From: Trichoplax adhaerens
Lineage: Eukaryota; Animalia; Placozoa
NCBI RefSeq assembly: GCF_000150275.1
Contig: NW_002060971.1
Location: 351,212-415,211 of the forward strand
Length of the DNA: 64,000 bases
Reading direction: 5' to 3'
The translations under genes were made by a program, and so were the position numbers. Under the pieces are notes generated by a model. That model had not been told where the DNA came from and ran no database searches. It saw nothing but the letters and a program-made list of their open reading frames with translations. This document shows positions 12,917 through 25,600 of this stretch, in pieces. How positions within the stretch are numbered: position 1 is the stretch's first letter; the number at the start of each line of letters is the position of its first letter.

Positions 12917-15900
12917 ATGGATTCCTGCAGTAAGATGCCGACTTTAAAGAAAACCCATTGGCAAGTTCCTGCTTCTGATTTCGCTCGCAAAACCTACAAC
13001 CCGTTGGTTACTGCATTTATGAAGCATATAGATGCAGTTGCTGAATGTGATAAACCTATGATTAGCGTCTCAGTAGGTCAGTAAAAGAATTCAATATGTT
13101 GATTTGCTAAACGTAATATTCGTCATGTATACCATAAAATGGCAATACTTTCGGTCACTGTTTATAATTCGTAAGAGATTTTCAAAGCCCGCAGTATCTC
13201 TTAATAGAATCACCATTACGATATATCAATTAATTTTAAAGGTGATCCTACGCTATTTGGTAATTTATTACCGCCATCATGCGTCGAGGAGAGCATAAGC
13301 AAGACTCTTAAAGATAAAAATGCTTTCACAAATCCCCCACCTGGAGGTTAGATACACATTATGTCATCCCAATTATTGACAGTTCTACTAGCTGTGTTCG
13401 CTTTATAAAATATACTGCTGTATTGCAAATATACGCAAGAAATTCTTATAAACTATTATTGAGCAGTTAATCTGGAATATTTAGGAATATTTTTTACAAA
13501 TAGACATTAAATCGGAAATCTTAATTCATAGATATGGACCAGTATATATTGACAACCTTATAATCGATAATTATAGGATTTCAATTTGCTAGAGAAGCTA
13601 TTGCTAAGTATGCATCTATACCTGGGGAATTGGAAGTTTCGTCGAAGGTAATCAATATAGAATAGTCCCATAAATGCTGTTATAATTTATTACATTATAA
13701 GGACCCATTCTGCTATACGCGTGTTTTATGCCAGTATCCCGTTCTTTGAGCGCGTGTGTTGGCAATAACTTGCTACTGTATATAATTACCATAGAGCTCT
13801 ATTACGTCATAGCTAAAACTGTGCTTGTGTTTGATTGGAAAATAGTTGCACATTTGTGCTCTGTCTAGTCTAGAGATTTTGGAGCCATTATTTAGTGACC
13901 CACCTTATTTAATAGTACTGTATTATTTTGATTTAGAATGTGTACATAACTTCTGGGTGTTCAAGTGCTATTGAAATAGCTTTGCGTGTTTTAAGCGATG
14001 CCAATGATAACATATTAATCCCGTGCCCTGGTTTCACGCTTTATGGTGTACTTTCCAGACATCGTGATGTAGAAATTAGAGAATATAGACTACTGGTAAT
14101 ACTTAATACTGTGATACTCGGATTAATACATGTGATTAATTTAAATTGATCCACATACAAAATCTAATTTAGATGTTGATAAAAATTTATTACGCTAACA
14201 TTGGTATCTGTTCTGCTATAAACTTACAGTAGAACTTTTATTACATTGTGAAGATGCAGTTCTAACTTTAATTGCTACATCGCTCCAGAAACAATTTAAT
14301 CTATTAGCATCAATGACTCTGCATGCTTAAAATTGATAGACTGATCAAAGTTATCAATCACAAAACTATCACTTATTCCTTCTTATCATGTCAGCAATTA
14401 GGAAATGCACCAATAGTAAAAGATATTTTATTAAAAGCCGTAGCACAATGCTGCTATCAAGATATTTTAATTATTATCAAATACATTATTTTAGCCAGAA
14501 CAATCATGGAATGTCGATTTAGACCATCTAGAGTCGTTAATTGATGATCGAACAAAGCTTATTGTTGTTGTCAATCCGTCTAACCCATGCGGCTCTGTCT
14601 ACTCTAAGGATCATCTTGAAGATATTATTAAAGGTACAATATTTAGCTTTAGTCAATATGCCAACATAAATTGTTAAAGGTCGAGGAATCACTTTTCTTT
14701 AATACATTTTTATCTTAATGTGTTCAAAATTACTCAAAATGATATAGTGGCGGAGAAACATCGGATACCTATACTTGCTGACGAAATCTATGAATACATT
14801 GTAAGAAAATATATACTTCATGCAAGGTTTAAGTTATACTCGCACATGAAGACAGTAAATAACTTTACGAGTGTATAGCTCATTAATAATGGCAATTGTC
14901 CTCACAGCTAATGTAGAGCGTATAGTAATTAGTAACAGATTACAGGGTACAGCAATCGATAGGACAATTCTAAACCAATTTATCGCTTCGTCAGTCATTT
15001 CCAGAAAATCAGTTTTATCCTCTTGGTGCAGTTTCCAAAAGCGTTCCTATTCTAACATGCACAGGTTTAGCGAAAAGGTATCTACTCACATATCATGCTT
15101 GTGAATACTGGAAAGTTTATTATAACCTGATCATAAGAGAATTTTTTGGACGACAATAAAATAAAATTTTGCATTATTATTGATAAGAAACTGTATCTTA
15201 TGCTCGTAGTCCTCACATATATTATATGCAGTACACAAGAAAATAATATAAAATTTTTAAATTAGATTTAACGTGCCAGGATGGAGATGTGGTTGGCTAG
15301 TTGTTCATGACAGGAATGGCATCCTTGCTAAAGAAGTATGCAGCTATTACTGATTTATGCTTGTTCATTACACGCTTAAAAATTTGTACTGAAAGGACAT
15401 AAAGATTGATTCATGTTGCTTCTAATAGGTCATTCCTGGTATTGAGTCACTACTAGAAGATTTTTATTCTTGTTGTTCAATAATTCAAATTCTTTTACCG
15501 TCGTTACTTGTCCGAGTAACTGGCGATTATTTTAAGAAAACAATATCTCTTGTTAAGGTTAAATTGCTATTGCCTTCGTACACTCGTTTGCATGTTTCAA
15601 CATGAGTGGTATTTATTTAATCGATATCCTTTCTCCTATAGAAAAATGCTAATCTATTATATGACGAATTAATTAAAATTGATGGTATAAAACCCATAAT
15701 GCCTGGTGGATCCATGTATATGATGGTAATGTATCTGTCTTAGTGTACTGTACTGTCTATATAAAAATGTAATAGTGATCATAAAATGCAACTTGTCGAT
15801 AAGCTGGTAACTGAAGATTGCTCACTTTACTCTGTATTTTGGCTTTATTTTATGTAAATGTATGCGTAGGTTGGTATTGATGTTGAAAAATTTAATGATA

Positions 15901-16275
15901 TCGATGATGATGAAACCTGGTCATTGTTACTCATCAAAGAACAAGCTATGACAGTGATGCCTTGCTCAGTAAGTTGAAGATATTAGCAAGCTGGCCTTAA
16001 ATCTATATTGTCTCGTTAAGAATAGAAAAGTTTTAACTGAACGAATATTGCTACTTCAAGGAATATGACTCTATTTAATAGCTATTAAATGTAATCCAAC
16101 ATGACGTTGATTTCTAGATCTGTAATCATTTGTTTCTTAAGTATTTTTATTATTATCAATTTAGCCATTAGGTTGTCCAAACTTTGTTAGAATTTCACTG
16201 ACGCCGCCTTATGAAACGATGCTGAATATATGTCAAAGATTGACGGAATTTTGCGTTAGCCATAAAAGAGCTTAA
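12917..16275 (+). CDS. TAT: Tyrosine aminotransferase-like PLP enzyme (class I aminotransferase), 12 coding exons
   Basis: Spliced product contains [70 protein letters not shown] (PLP lysine), GSMYMMVGID and PNFVRIS. Stop TAA ends at 16275. Confidence 0.9.
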
Positions 16276-18794
16276 TCTGCTGATTTGGCCAAAGATGATT
16301 GTGCTCCCATTTACAATTGAAATTACTTATCAAATGCTAGTTGTATTAAATTGTGATAAGTAAACGGTGAAGTTTGTAAAGTTTCCCATTCGATAATAAA
16401 ATAGGAGTAGTTTAAAGTCCCATTGTTAGCATTAATGACACTACCAACATGATGCAATTTCTAGATTATCTTAGTGATTACCATAACTTTACCATTCACT
16501 TTTTAAACGGGCTAAAGCAGATATTCATTCCGCATAAATTGTGCATATCTTGGATCCTGCTATTTATAACCTATTTTATTTATTCTTAGTTCACTGCGAA
16601 TATAAGAAGACATTCGTAGAAAGGGCATGTATGGGTATACATGCCATTTATTACTTTAGCATAAATTAGTATGATGTTCGATTGTAATATATGCAACCTT
16701 TATGCAAGATATGGCGATTAGTTGCTGAAAATACTGTAACTGCATTAGTAACTAATACCTTTGGACATGATAGATGATTGGAAAAAAGAAAATGAACCAA
16801 TTCTGAAGTACTTGTAATCTTTACGAAGATCCTATAGTTCAATTTGTTTTTTTCGGTCTACTTCTACTAACGCTAAAATTTAACGTATGCATAAGATTAG
16901 TTAATAAATATCTTACTCCGTAAAAAATTTTATGTAACTTCTAATCTAATTAATTATATAAGTATTATGCGTAATAAAGAACTAATCTGTAGCCTTATGC
17001 AATAGCGAGCAGTTGTAGCGCATCATGCCAGTTGATAGTAAATATGCAAGGATTGTTTCTAGTATTAAATCAATTCTTTCCCTGTTTCTTTCTTAATATA
17101 CGGTTATGAGCCCTTTCCGTTAGTAAGTAAAATTTGGATTGTTATGCATACGATAAATGATTGTCCTCATCTTTGCGTATTGTACGGTTTATCGTACTTT
17201 CGAAATAAGGTCGTGTCTAATTAGAAATTTAACTTTTCTATGTTCAATTTATTTGTAAGTATTGCTATACCGTATGTTAACATGATAGATGTGCGTCAAA
17301 AAGTAGATCAGCGTAGCCGAAATTGGATTATAAATATACCATCTTTAATTAAACGCTGATCAGAATTTCATGTTTAGTTAGAATGATAAGAAAAGCAAAA
17401 TGTATTATCGTTCGATTTTATATTAGATCAATAATTTTAGTTGTTCCTTAATAAGATATATTTAGGTTTAAGTACCGTGTTTGATCTTTTCGGTAGTTAA
17501 TCTACTCTTATTTTGGGATATCTTGCTTACTGTTGTTTACAGTTAGTATCCAAAGGGCTGCATTCATCTATACTATAAGAGCGACTTTTGCATGCTAGCA
17601 AATTAATAGTCTAATATGCTATCATTATTAAACTGGCATTTCCACTATTGCGTCGTATCCTCTTCTAATTAGCACGAATTTGATATATGCCATTTTGCCA
17701 TATCGGAATTAACTCACACTATTTCATTGTGTCTATTTAGTATTGATTAAATTGAACGGGATTATCTTTTAACCTGCCTTTGAAACTCAAGTAGTAAAGT
17801 AAATAGTCATCTTATCTTTTATATTAAACACCATCCTAATTGAATATTAATGATTTATTTGTCGTTACACTATATTCTTTATAAGATCAATAAATGAAGG
17901 TGAGATCAGCTGATCCTTATTAATCACAACTGTTTAGCTGCAGTAGTATAAAAAGTCCTCTATTTGTTATTATCTGATATGTTCTGAACCGTAGGCGTTC
18001 TATAACAAATCGTCCAGCCATTTATTATGTTTTTTTTACACTTAAAGAGACATAAGGTTTATTTTCGTCCAATTTTATTGGTATGCATAGCCAACTACTA
18101 GAAAAATAGATTTTTTTCTAGTAGTCCTTTCCAAATGATAGCATAAGGGATTACAACTTTCAAATTTTTAAAGACTCACACTATTCCGTCGTATGAGAAT
18201 GAGCTGAAACATACTTAATTAGTAAAATGCTGAATATCAATACTACTTTAACAATATTGCTCATTTAATAATCAGTTTGCATATTATCCAATTTTAGTTC
18301 ATAAAAAGATCTGTACGATTTTAACTAAGGCTAGTTGTTACAGAGTGATGATGGGATTAATTGCTCGGTATATCTGTGATAACAACTTCCTCTTGTCAAG
18401 TTTACAATTAGAATTATAATTAGTTAAGAAGGCGAAATATTTTACTTTAACATCTTGACTTTACTGGAAGTAACTTATTGGATTATTGGCCAACTTTAAT
18501 ATAATAAATCAATGAGCAAGTCATAGTGTCATACCTATATGGCTGGTTAAACATTTCCAATTTATTTTAACATCCTAACTTTGCTAAAAACGTTTTATTG
18601 GGTTATTAATCATCTTCAAGATAATAAATCAAGCAACGAATGACAGAGTGGTTTCTAAGAGATTACTTAAACCAAATATCCGCACCTGCGAGTTTATCAA
18701 TGGAAGAGTTTTATAGCTAATTTGATTTATATTTTACAAAGCTTGGCCTACTATCTACTGTCTCTTATTTATATTCATCTTTCGATATATACGT

Positions 18795-19115
18795 ATAAAT
18801 GGCCAAATGAGAAAAAAGAATCGAATATTAAGGTAAGATTCTAACTTGCTATATCAAATTAGTTTTAACATTAGTAATTTTTTGTCATTTGTCATATCTC
18901 ATTTACATCAATCTTTCCAAATATAGATGGATCAAAGAGAAAAGAGAATTCAATATCAAGGTTGGGTTCTAACTTGATATATCAAGCTAGTTTTAGTGTT
19001 ATTAGGTTTTCTGCCATTTACCATCACTTATTTGCTTGAGTCTTTCCAATATACTGTATAAATGGACAAATGAGAATAGAGAATCGAATGTTAGGTAGAG
19101 TTCTAAATTGCAATG
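18795..19115. repeat. Degenerate ~130-bp tandem repeat, about 2.5 copies
   Basis: aatgg..aa.gagaa...agaat..aat.t.aagg....ttctaa.ttg recurs at about 18798, 18926 and 19061. Confidence 0.75.
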
Positions 19116-20497
19116 TCACATCTAGATCTCAAATTAAACTCTCTCCTGACAGCACTCAACTATCCCAACGCCTAACTGTAATATTCTTACACTGCTAATA
19201 AGAATGTCGCCTTCTTGGACATGATAATCGTGGCCTTACTCTTAGAACCTATTTTCCTACACCTTCTATTTGGATTTATAAATCTATTGTTATAAAAGCG
19301 GCAGAAAGTTTTAATTAAGAAAAAGAAGAGTGCTACCGTTGTCACTGGCCACATACTGAGTGGCTTTACTTAAGGCTATTTACTTTGAAAACATTACTTA
19401 TTGCTATTCAATCTAATGAAAATAGCTATAAACTATAGAACCATTACTCGTTTGTCAGTATATTAATGATAGGAGAAAACTGTACGATTGTGATAGTGCA
19501 TAAATTATTAAAAAATTAATTAAACTTATTCTCCGAAAGGAAATTGTAAGTTTGATTTATAAATTCTGATCATACTTGATCATTTATCATTGCTTCTGTC
19601 AATAAGTTATTGGATAGAGTAGATTAAATTCATGGCTGTTTCAATTCTTAGTTCGTCTTTGTCAAAGGCTGGATTAAGAAAATTTGCTTAGGCGTTACTA
19701 ACAGCCTCAGGGATTACTATTCTATGGCAGATCGATGAGTTTATTGAGATTCTGCAAGGATCAGGTATAGATTGCTGGCGCTACCTGAGTTCAACAATAT
19801 TAAGAATAGGAATAAAGGTTCTATTCATTTCCAATTAGACAAGTCGCAAAATAGTTTCAAGAAGAATAATAATTTAAACTATTTACTATTAACTATGACT
19901 TATTTCTTGACAGTCACAGTGGAAGCATATTAAAGGAGAGTTGAAGCTGTTCTACTGGAAAAGTACTGAGGGTCCTGCGGCGAACAAGATTCATAAAGCA
20001 TCGAAAGGAAATGTGAATGAGATTGAACCACTTTATGATTCTGTATCGTGTATACAGTTTAAGCAATCTCAGCTTTAAATGACCTAATTTAATCTAGCTT
20101 CTGTTACAAACTCAATATAAACAAATTTTAGAGGATAGAAAGTGTTACACAAACACAGAATGGCCGGCCAATCTATCCAATTAATCATATTGTACAATGC
20201 ATGAAATGAGCCACGGCCATCTGTTAAAAAATGGCCAAGTTTTGGAGGTAAAACAATCCACTTGGCAATATTAATTAATCTCAAGAGTATCAAATCAATA
20301 TTAGGTTTTAAAATAGTATCATACACTCTCAAGAAGATAATGAACATAATATTCTATGTCAAAGTTTACAATCAATCAATCTATCTATGACAAATGATTA
20401 TACTTAGCGTTGTGTAAGAAGACTAGGCAAAAAATAAGTATTGAGCTGATACATATAATATCATCGTAAGTTCAAGTTATTTACCCTGTTCATTTAA

Positions 20498-21790
20498 CAT
20501 AGAAAGATTAATGACTCTAGCGTATAATATTAGTCAATCCTAGAAAGCATATTATTTGTGTGTTATTATTAGTCAATCGCAGAGAGTAGATTATTTGTGT
20601 ACTATTAGTCGATCCCAGAAAGTCTATTATTTACAGGATATTAATCAATCCTATTCCTCTAATCTAGTCGTCTGTGGCTTGGATTCCTCGGAAAGATCAA
20701 TGCTTTCTCGTGAAATAGAAATAATATTGGTTGCATCTGTTTCATTTATACTTACAAATGGAGATTGTTGACATAGAAAGATGAATGACTAGAGCTTATG
20801 ATATTAGTCAACCCTATATCGCTCATCGATCTATCTGTGACTTGAATTTCCTGCGGAAGACCTATACTTTCTTTTAAGAACGAAATAATGTTGGTTACAT
20901 CTTTCTCAATTAGAGTTATAGAATAGAAATTGTTACCATAGAAAGATGAATGATAGTATCGTATGATATTATTAAAATGCTAGATAGCATATTATAGGTA
21001 TGTTAATTTGTCAATTGCAGAAAATATATTCTTGGAGTAATATTAGTCAATCCTATTTCTCTAAATCTATCTATCTCAGACTCAGATTCCCGCAGAAGAT
21101 CTGTTCTTTCTATTGAGATAGAAATAACATTGGTTTTATCTTTCTCACTTATAGTTATAAAATGGAGATGGTTAAGATAGAAAGATTAATAATTACAACG
21201 TATGAAATTAGTCAATCCTAGAAAGTGTCTCTAATCTATCCATTTGTGACTAGGATCCTCAGAGAAGACTAGTACTTTATTTTGAGATAGAAATAGTATC
21301 GGTTGCATCTTTCTTAGTCAAATTTACAAAATGGCGATTGTTAATATGGAAAGACAGATGACTACCGTGTATGATATTAGTCAATTCTAGAAAGCATATC
21401 ATAACAAGATACTCATCAATCTTATTCCTCGCATCGATCTGTGTGTAACTTGAATTCCTAGCGAAGACCGGTATATTCTTTTTGAAATAGATAGAAGTAT
21501 ATTACTATACCGTTACAAAATGGAGATTGAAAGTATAGAAAGATGGATGACTACAGTGTATGGTATTCGTGAATCCTAGAAAGTATGTTATACATCTGAT
21601 ATTAGTCCATCTTTATCTGTTAAAGTTACAAAATGGCGATTTTTAACCTAAAATGTAGAAAGACTGCAACCTATGACATCAGTCAATCCTCGTAAGTAAG
21701 TAGACAATATTTGATAAATGTTTGAAGTCATGTTGACTTATTGAAGTATTAATCCTTCTGTCTGTGACTTGGATTTCCTCCACAAGACCA
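20498..21790. repeat. Degenerate higher-order tandem repeat (about 7 units of 110-270 bp with a nested subrepeat)
   Basis: atagaaagat(g/t)aatgact...tatgatattagtcaatcctagaaag and ttacaaaatggagattgtt recur at about 20499, 20772, 20937, 21176, 21344, 21533 and 21646. Confidence 0.85.
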
Positions 21791-22614
21791 CTCCTATCCT
21801 GTTAGCAACCATAATTTATTGGTCTATAGATTGAGAAAGACTTTTCAAAAGTAACAATAAAGATTATTCATACATTTTAAATCGCCATCAATGATGGCCA
21901 ATGATTAGTTCATTGGTTTCGTTTATTATTGACACAAGTATTGTTGCTTGGAACAAAACAACTGCATTAGTAATGACGGTTATTAGCGTCTCTTTCAGCG
22001 TACTCTTTGCTTAATTATTCCAACATTTTTTCTATCCAATTAAATAGGGACCTCCAGTTTAAGAAGACTTAATACGAGTTCATTAGCCATCGTAGACCAT
22101 ATAACGCGGTAAGGATAATTCTGTCTTGTATTAGTGGTCTTGCTTGATGATTTACTAACAGTCTTGCACCATCATTAGCAATTTTGAATTAGTTTGAAAT
22201 TATACCCAATTGATTCACAACGATAAGCTTGACTTGAAGATAGACTTCAAGGTAAGATAGACAAATGTCCTAGTGTAGGGGGTTAATTCTGAATTTTTTC
22301 TCCATTTCACTGTTCCATTTGTATCATAATAAAGTATCTTAACCTAGTCCATAGCTGTCATTAAAGTTAGGATAGTTTAGTAGAAATAGTAACGCTTCTA
22401 AACGTCAACAAATTTTTCTTCTCTCTTGGTCGATCATGATTTACCTCTTTCGCTAATAATGTGGACATTTTATTCTTGAGAAAGCAATATAAAATAACTT
22501 TACTTGATATATTGCAATTAACCTATTGCAAACTTTGAAATTTCAAGTCTATAGATATCCTAACCTACAAGGCCAGTCTGGTTCTTAAAGTTAGCAATCC
22601 TATCAAGCGTCATT

Positions 22615-25600
22615 ATGGTTCGAGGTAAGTTATAATTATCATTATCTCTAGTGATCTTGATCGATTATGGAAGATCATGAACAACTTGCATGACGACAAG
22701 AATAGTGGAGTGCTCGTCATCAACAAATATTCAACACTTCTTTTAAATCACTTATGGAATGATGTAGTATTCATCAATATTCTAGCGTAAGCATCTTTGA
22801 TGCCTGTTTAACGCCATTTTCATTCACTATACTAGCAGTAGAGTACTTTAGATAGCTTGAATAATAGCAAGAAGCGATTATTAATGGACTACCTATCCAT
22901 AAATACGGCATATTGCGTTATTTTAACCGTTTTGGGCTTTCTGACTAATTATCAACATCGTCTTTGAACCCATTCCATCTCTATTTCATTCTTCGATCAT
23001 TCGATCAGAATTTGTATGCGGAATTGACAACTAAGGACGCCCATTTTAGAGCAAAATAATTCATTATTTGATGCAGTTCTAATACTGTCTAACTTGTTTT
23101 TAATGGCTACTTTAATCTTACTGATCTCTCTTTTAACTGATCGACATCATTAGAGCCGATCGTTGCCATAATAAACTATTCTAGTGTGAGGAAATGACAT
23201 GAAAAGGAATATCGTATTTGTTTTCCTACCTGATGAGATCACATCCGATATTTTGAACGCTATCCTTTCTCTATCAAAGCTTCTATGTTTACCATTTAAC
23301 TGCGCCACTTGGATCTAATAATCTAATTTTATCATCCATTGGCGGTAAAATAGTGCTTGTTGATGATGTAGTACTTTACCAATGAGGCTAGAGTGCTATA
23401 AAACTAGAATTAGGTAGATTTATTGGTTGGTAGATCCAATTGAATTCATCTCCTTTAGTGACTACTCATATATTGGTTCGTTGTCGTGATAGATTAATAT
23501 TTCCAGTCGTAGGTTTAGTTGATGGTGGATAGAATTGGATTTCTTCCTTTTTTTGCCGTTTTGACTAGTTTCTTGTAGTGGTGAAAGCTGTATTAGCATT
23601 TCTAGTGGAAGATTTACTTGTAGATGAATTGCATTGGATTTTCTTCAGTTTTCTTATGCACATGTTGTATCCTAGTGAACTATATAGAAAATGGACCAGC
23701 TTTAATTTCGCTAGACTAATCATTTCCTCTATTCTAGTTTATAAATTCGATATCCTTGCAATTAGATTAAAATAATATTGACATATTAGGAATAGAAATT
23801 GTCACGCTACCGTTCTTAATATTGGTAGATCATCAAGCTCTGTCATAGAGAATGACCGAATTTCATTTATTCATTTTTACATTAAAGTTTAAAAGTGTTA
23901 AGCTTCCATGAAATTCAAAGTAGCATCTTCGATTTTCTGACCCCTACTTTCCAGACGATGTAGGATACTTTAATAGTGGCTATATTGTGGATAATGAGAT
24001 CGATTATTCTCTTTCGTATAATTAACTTGTAGTTACATAGAGATTCATTGAAGTTGAAATAAACATGACATCGCAAATTAAAAATTGAATAAATCTTTTT
24101 GGGCTACTATAACGATGATGACAACATTGTAATTCGATTATACGCAGTTGAGCTTATACTTTTGTATCAAGCTAAAACTTGATTATTTCTGATATCGGTG
24201 ATTCCATTTTTTGTCTATTTATCGTACTATCCTTCACATCGATGTTGAGATATAGCAAAAGAGAAAAACAAGGACTTAAACTAACGTAGAAATACCATAC
24301 TTTATTTCTACATGAAGCTGAAGGGCTGGATTTTTCGCATATATGTAACGTGTCTATGCAAGAATAGTTAAGGCACACAGCTATAATTTCTATACATTTT
24401 GCCATCGAAAAATCTGAAGAATTAGTAAACATGCCGTAGTAGAGGATTTGTCAAAATGATTTCACTCCCTTAATATCATACTCTGTTGAGTAATGATTCT
24501 ATCACTTTCCTAAGCATCAATACGATGCAAGATTATTGCAAGACTGCATTGATTATTTATGTTATGCAATCCAAGTTATAAGGTCCAAGTTTAAACGTAA
24601 TTTCATTCTTATTAAGTAGAATATCAAGATCCTGACGAACTGAAGCCATACTTTGGTTCCAGTCGGATCCAAGAGTTGCAGCAAGAGCGTATCAACATCC
24701 AAAAGAAGACTTTCACAAAATGGATGAACTCCTTTTTAGAACAGGTATTTCATTTACCTTAGCTAATAATATTGGATTCTGGATAAATTCGTTCCGATAT
24801 TGGATGGTCATTAGAATGAAGAGAGTCAACTTCAATTTTGATTTATTTTGGTTGGCATCGGTAGATGGTGCATTTATTCCTCTACACCTTGCCAGTAAAT
24901 CTCGATTCTCTCCATAGCTGTAGTTCGTTCCGATGTTGACAGTTCTTCGAATGAAGATAGCAATCTTACACTTTACTAATAAATATCTATTCGCACAATG
25001 ACTGTAGTCCGAAATGAATAACCATTAGAAAGCAGACGGTAATTTTACACTTTGCCAATAACTATCCATTCGGTCAATAGCTATAGTTCGATATGGATAG
25101 CCATTAGAAAAGTAGATGGCAATTATTTGTTTTGCCAATAAATATCGACTCTCGTAATAAGTTTACTCCGTAAATGATTAACCGTTAGAAAGGAGATGAC
25201 AATTTTATGCTTTGCTAATAAATATCGATTCGCTTAAGAATGGCACCGATTTCATGGAGGAAGGCCATTTCCTCTTCGAGAAAGAAGGAGAAAGGGCAAT
25301 TTTCAGTTAAAAAATTCCGTACTTCTGCGTAGGAATTATTGAAGGGTTAATAACTGTAGCAAACTCCAATAGAACTCCAAAAAAATGATGGCAATGTTAC
25401 ACTTTGCCAATTTATATCGGCTCTCTTCCGTTAGAATGAAGATGGCAATTTTGAACCTGATCAACTCCAATTCAATAACCGTCAAGATGAAGATTTAAAC
25501 CATGTTTTAATTATTTATTGACAATATTAGACTCCTTTCAAGATTGGAGATCTGTTTGAAGATTTGGGCGATGGAAAAGCTCTTCACCGCCTTTTGGAGG

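Noticed and set aside
18094-18125. Perfect 13-bp hairpin (and a 12-bp one at about 11346-11371)
   Set aside because: Isolated AT-rich inverted repeats with no supporting context, too short to call a MITE or RNA gene.
25338-25350. GAAGGGTTAA resembling a piggyBac-type terminus
   Set aside because: No matching opposite end or transposase was found.
20498-25455. Repeat-plus-variable-segment arrays as CRISPR-like
   Set aside because: Eukaryotic context, degenerate repeats, 'spacers' homologous to each other, and no cas genes.
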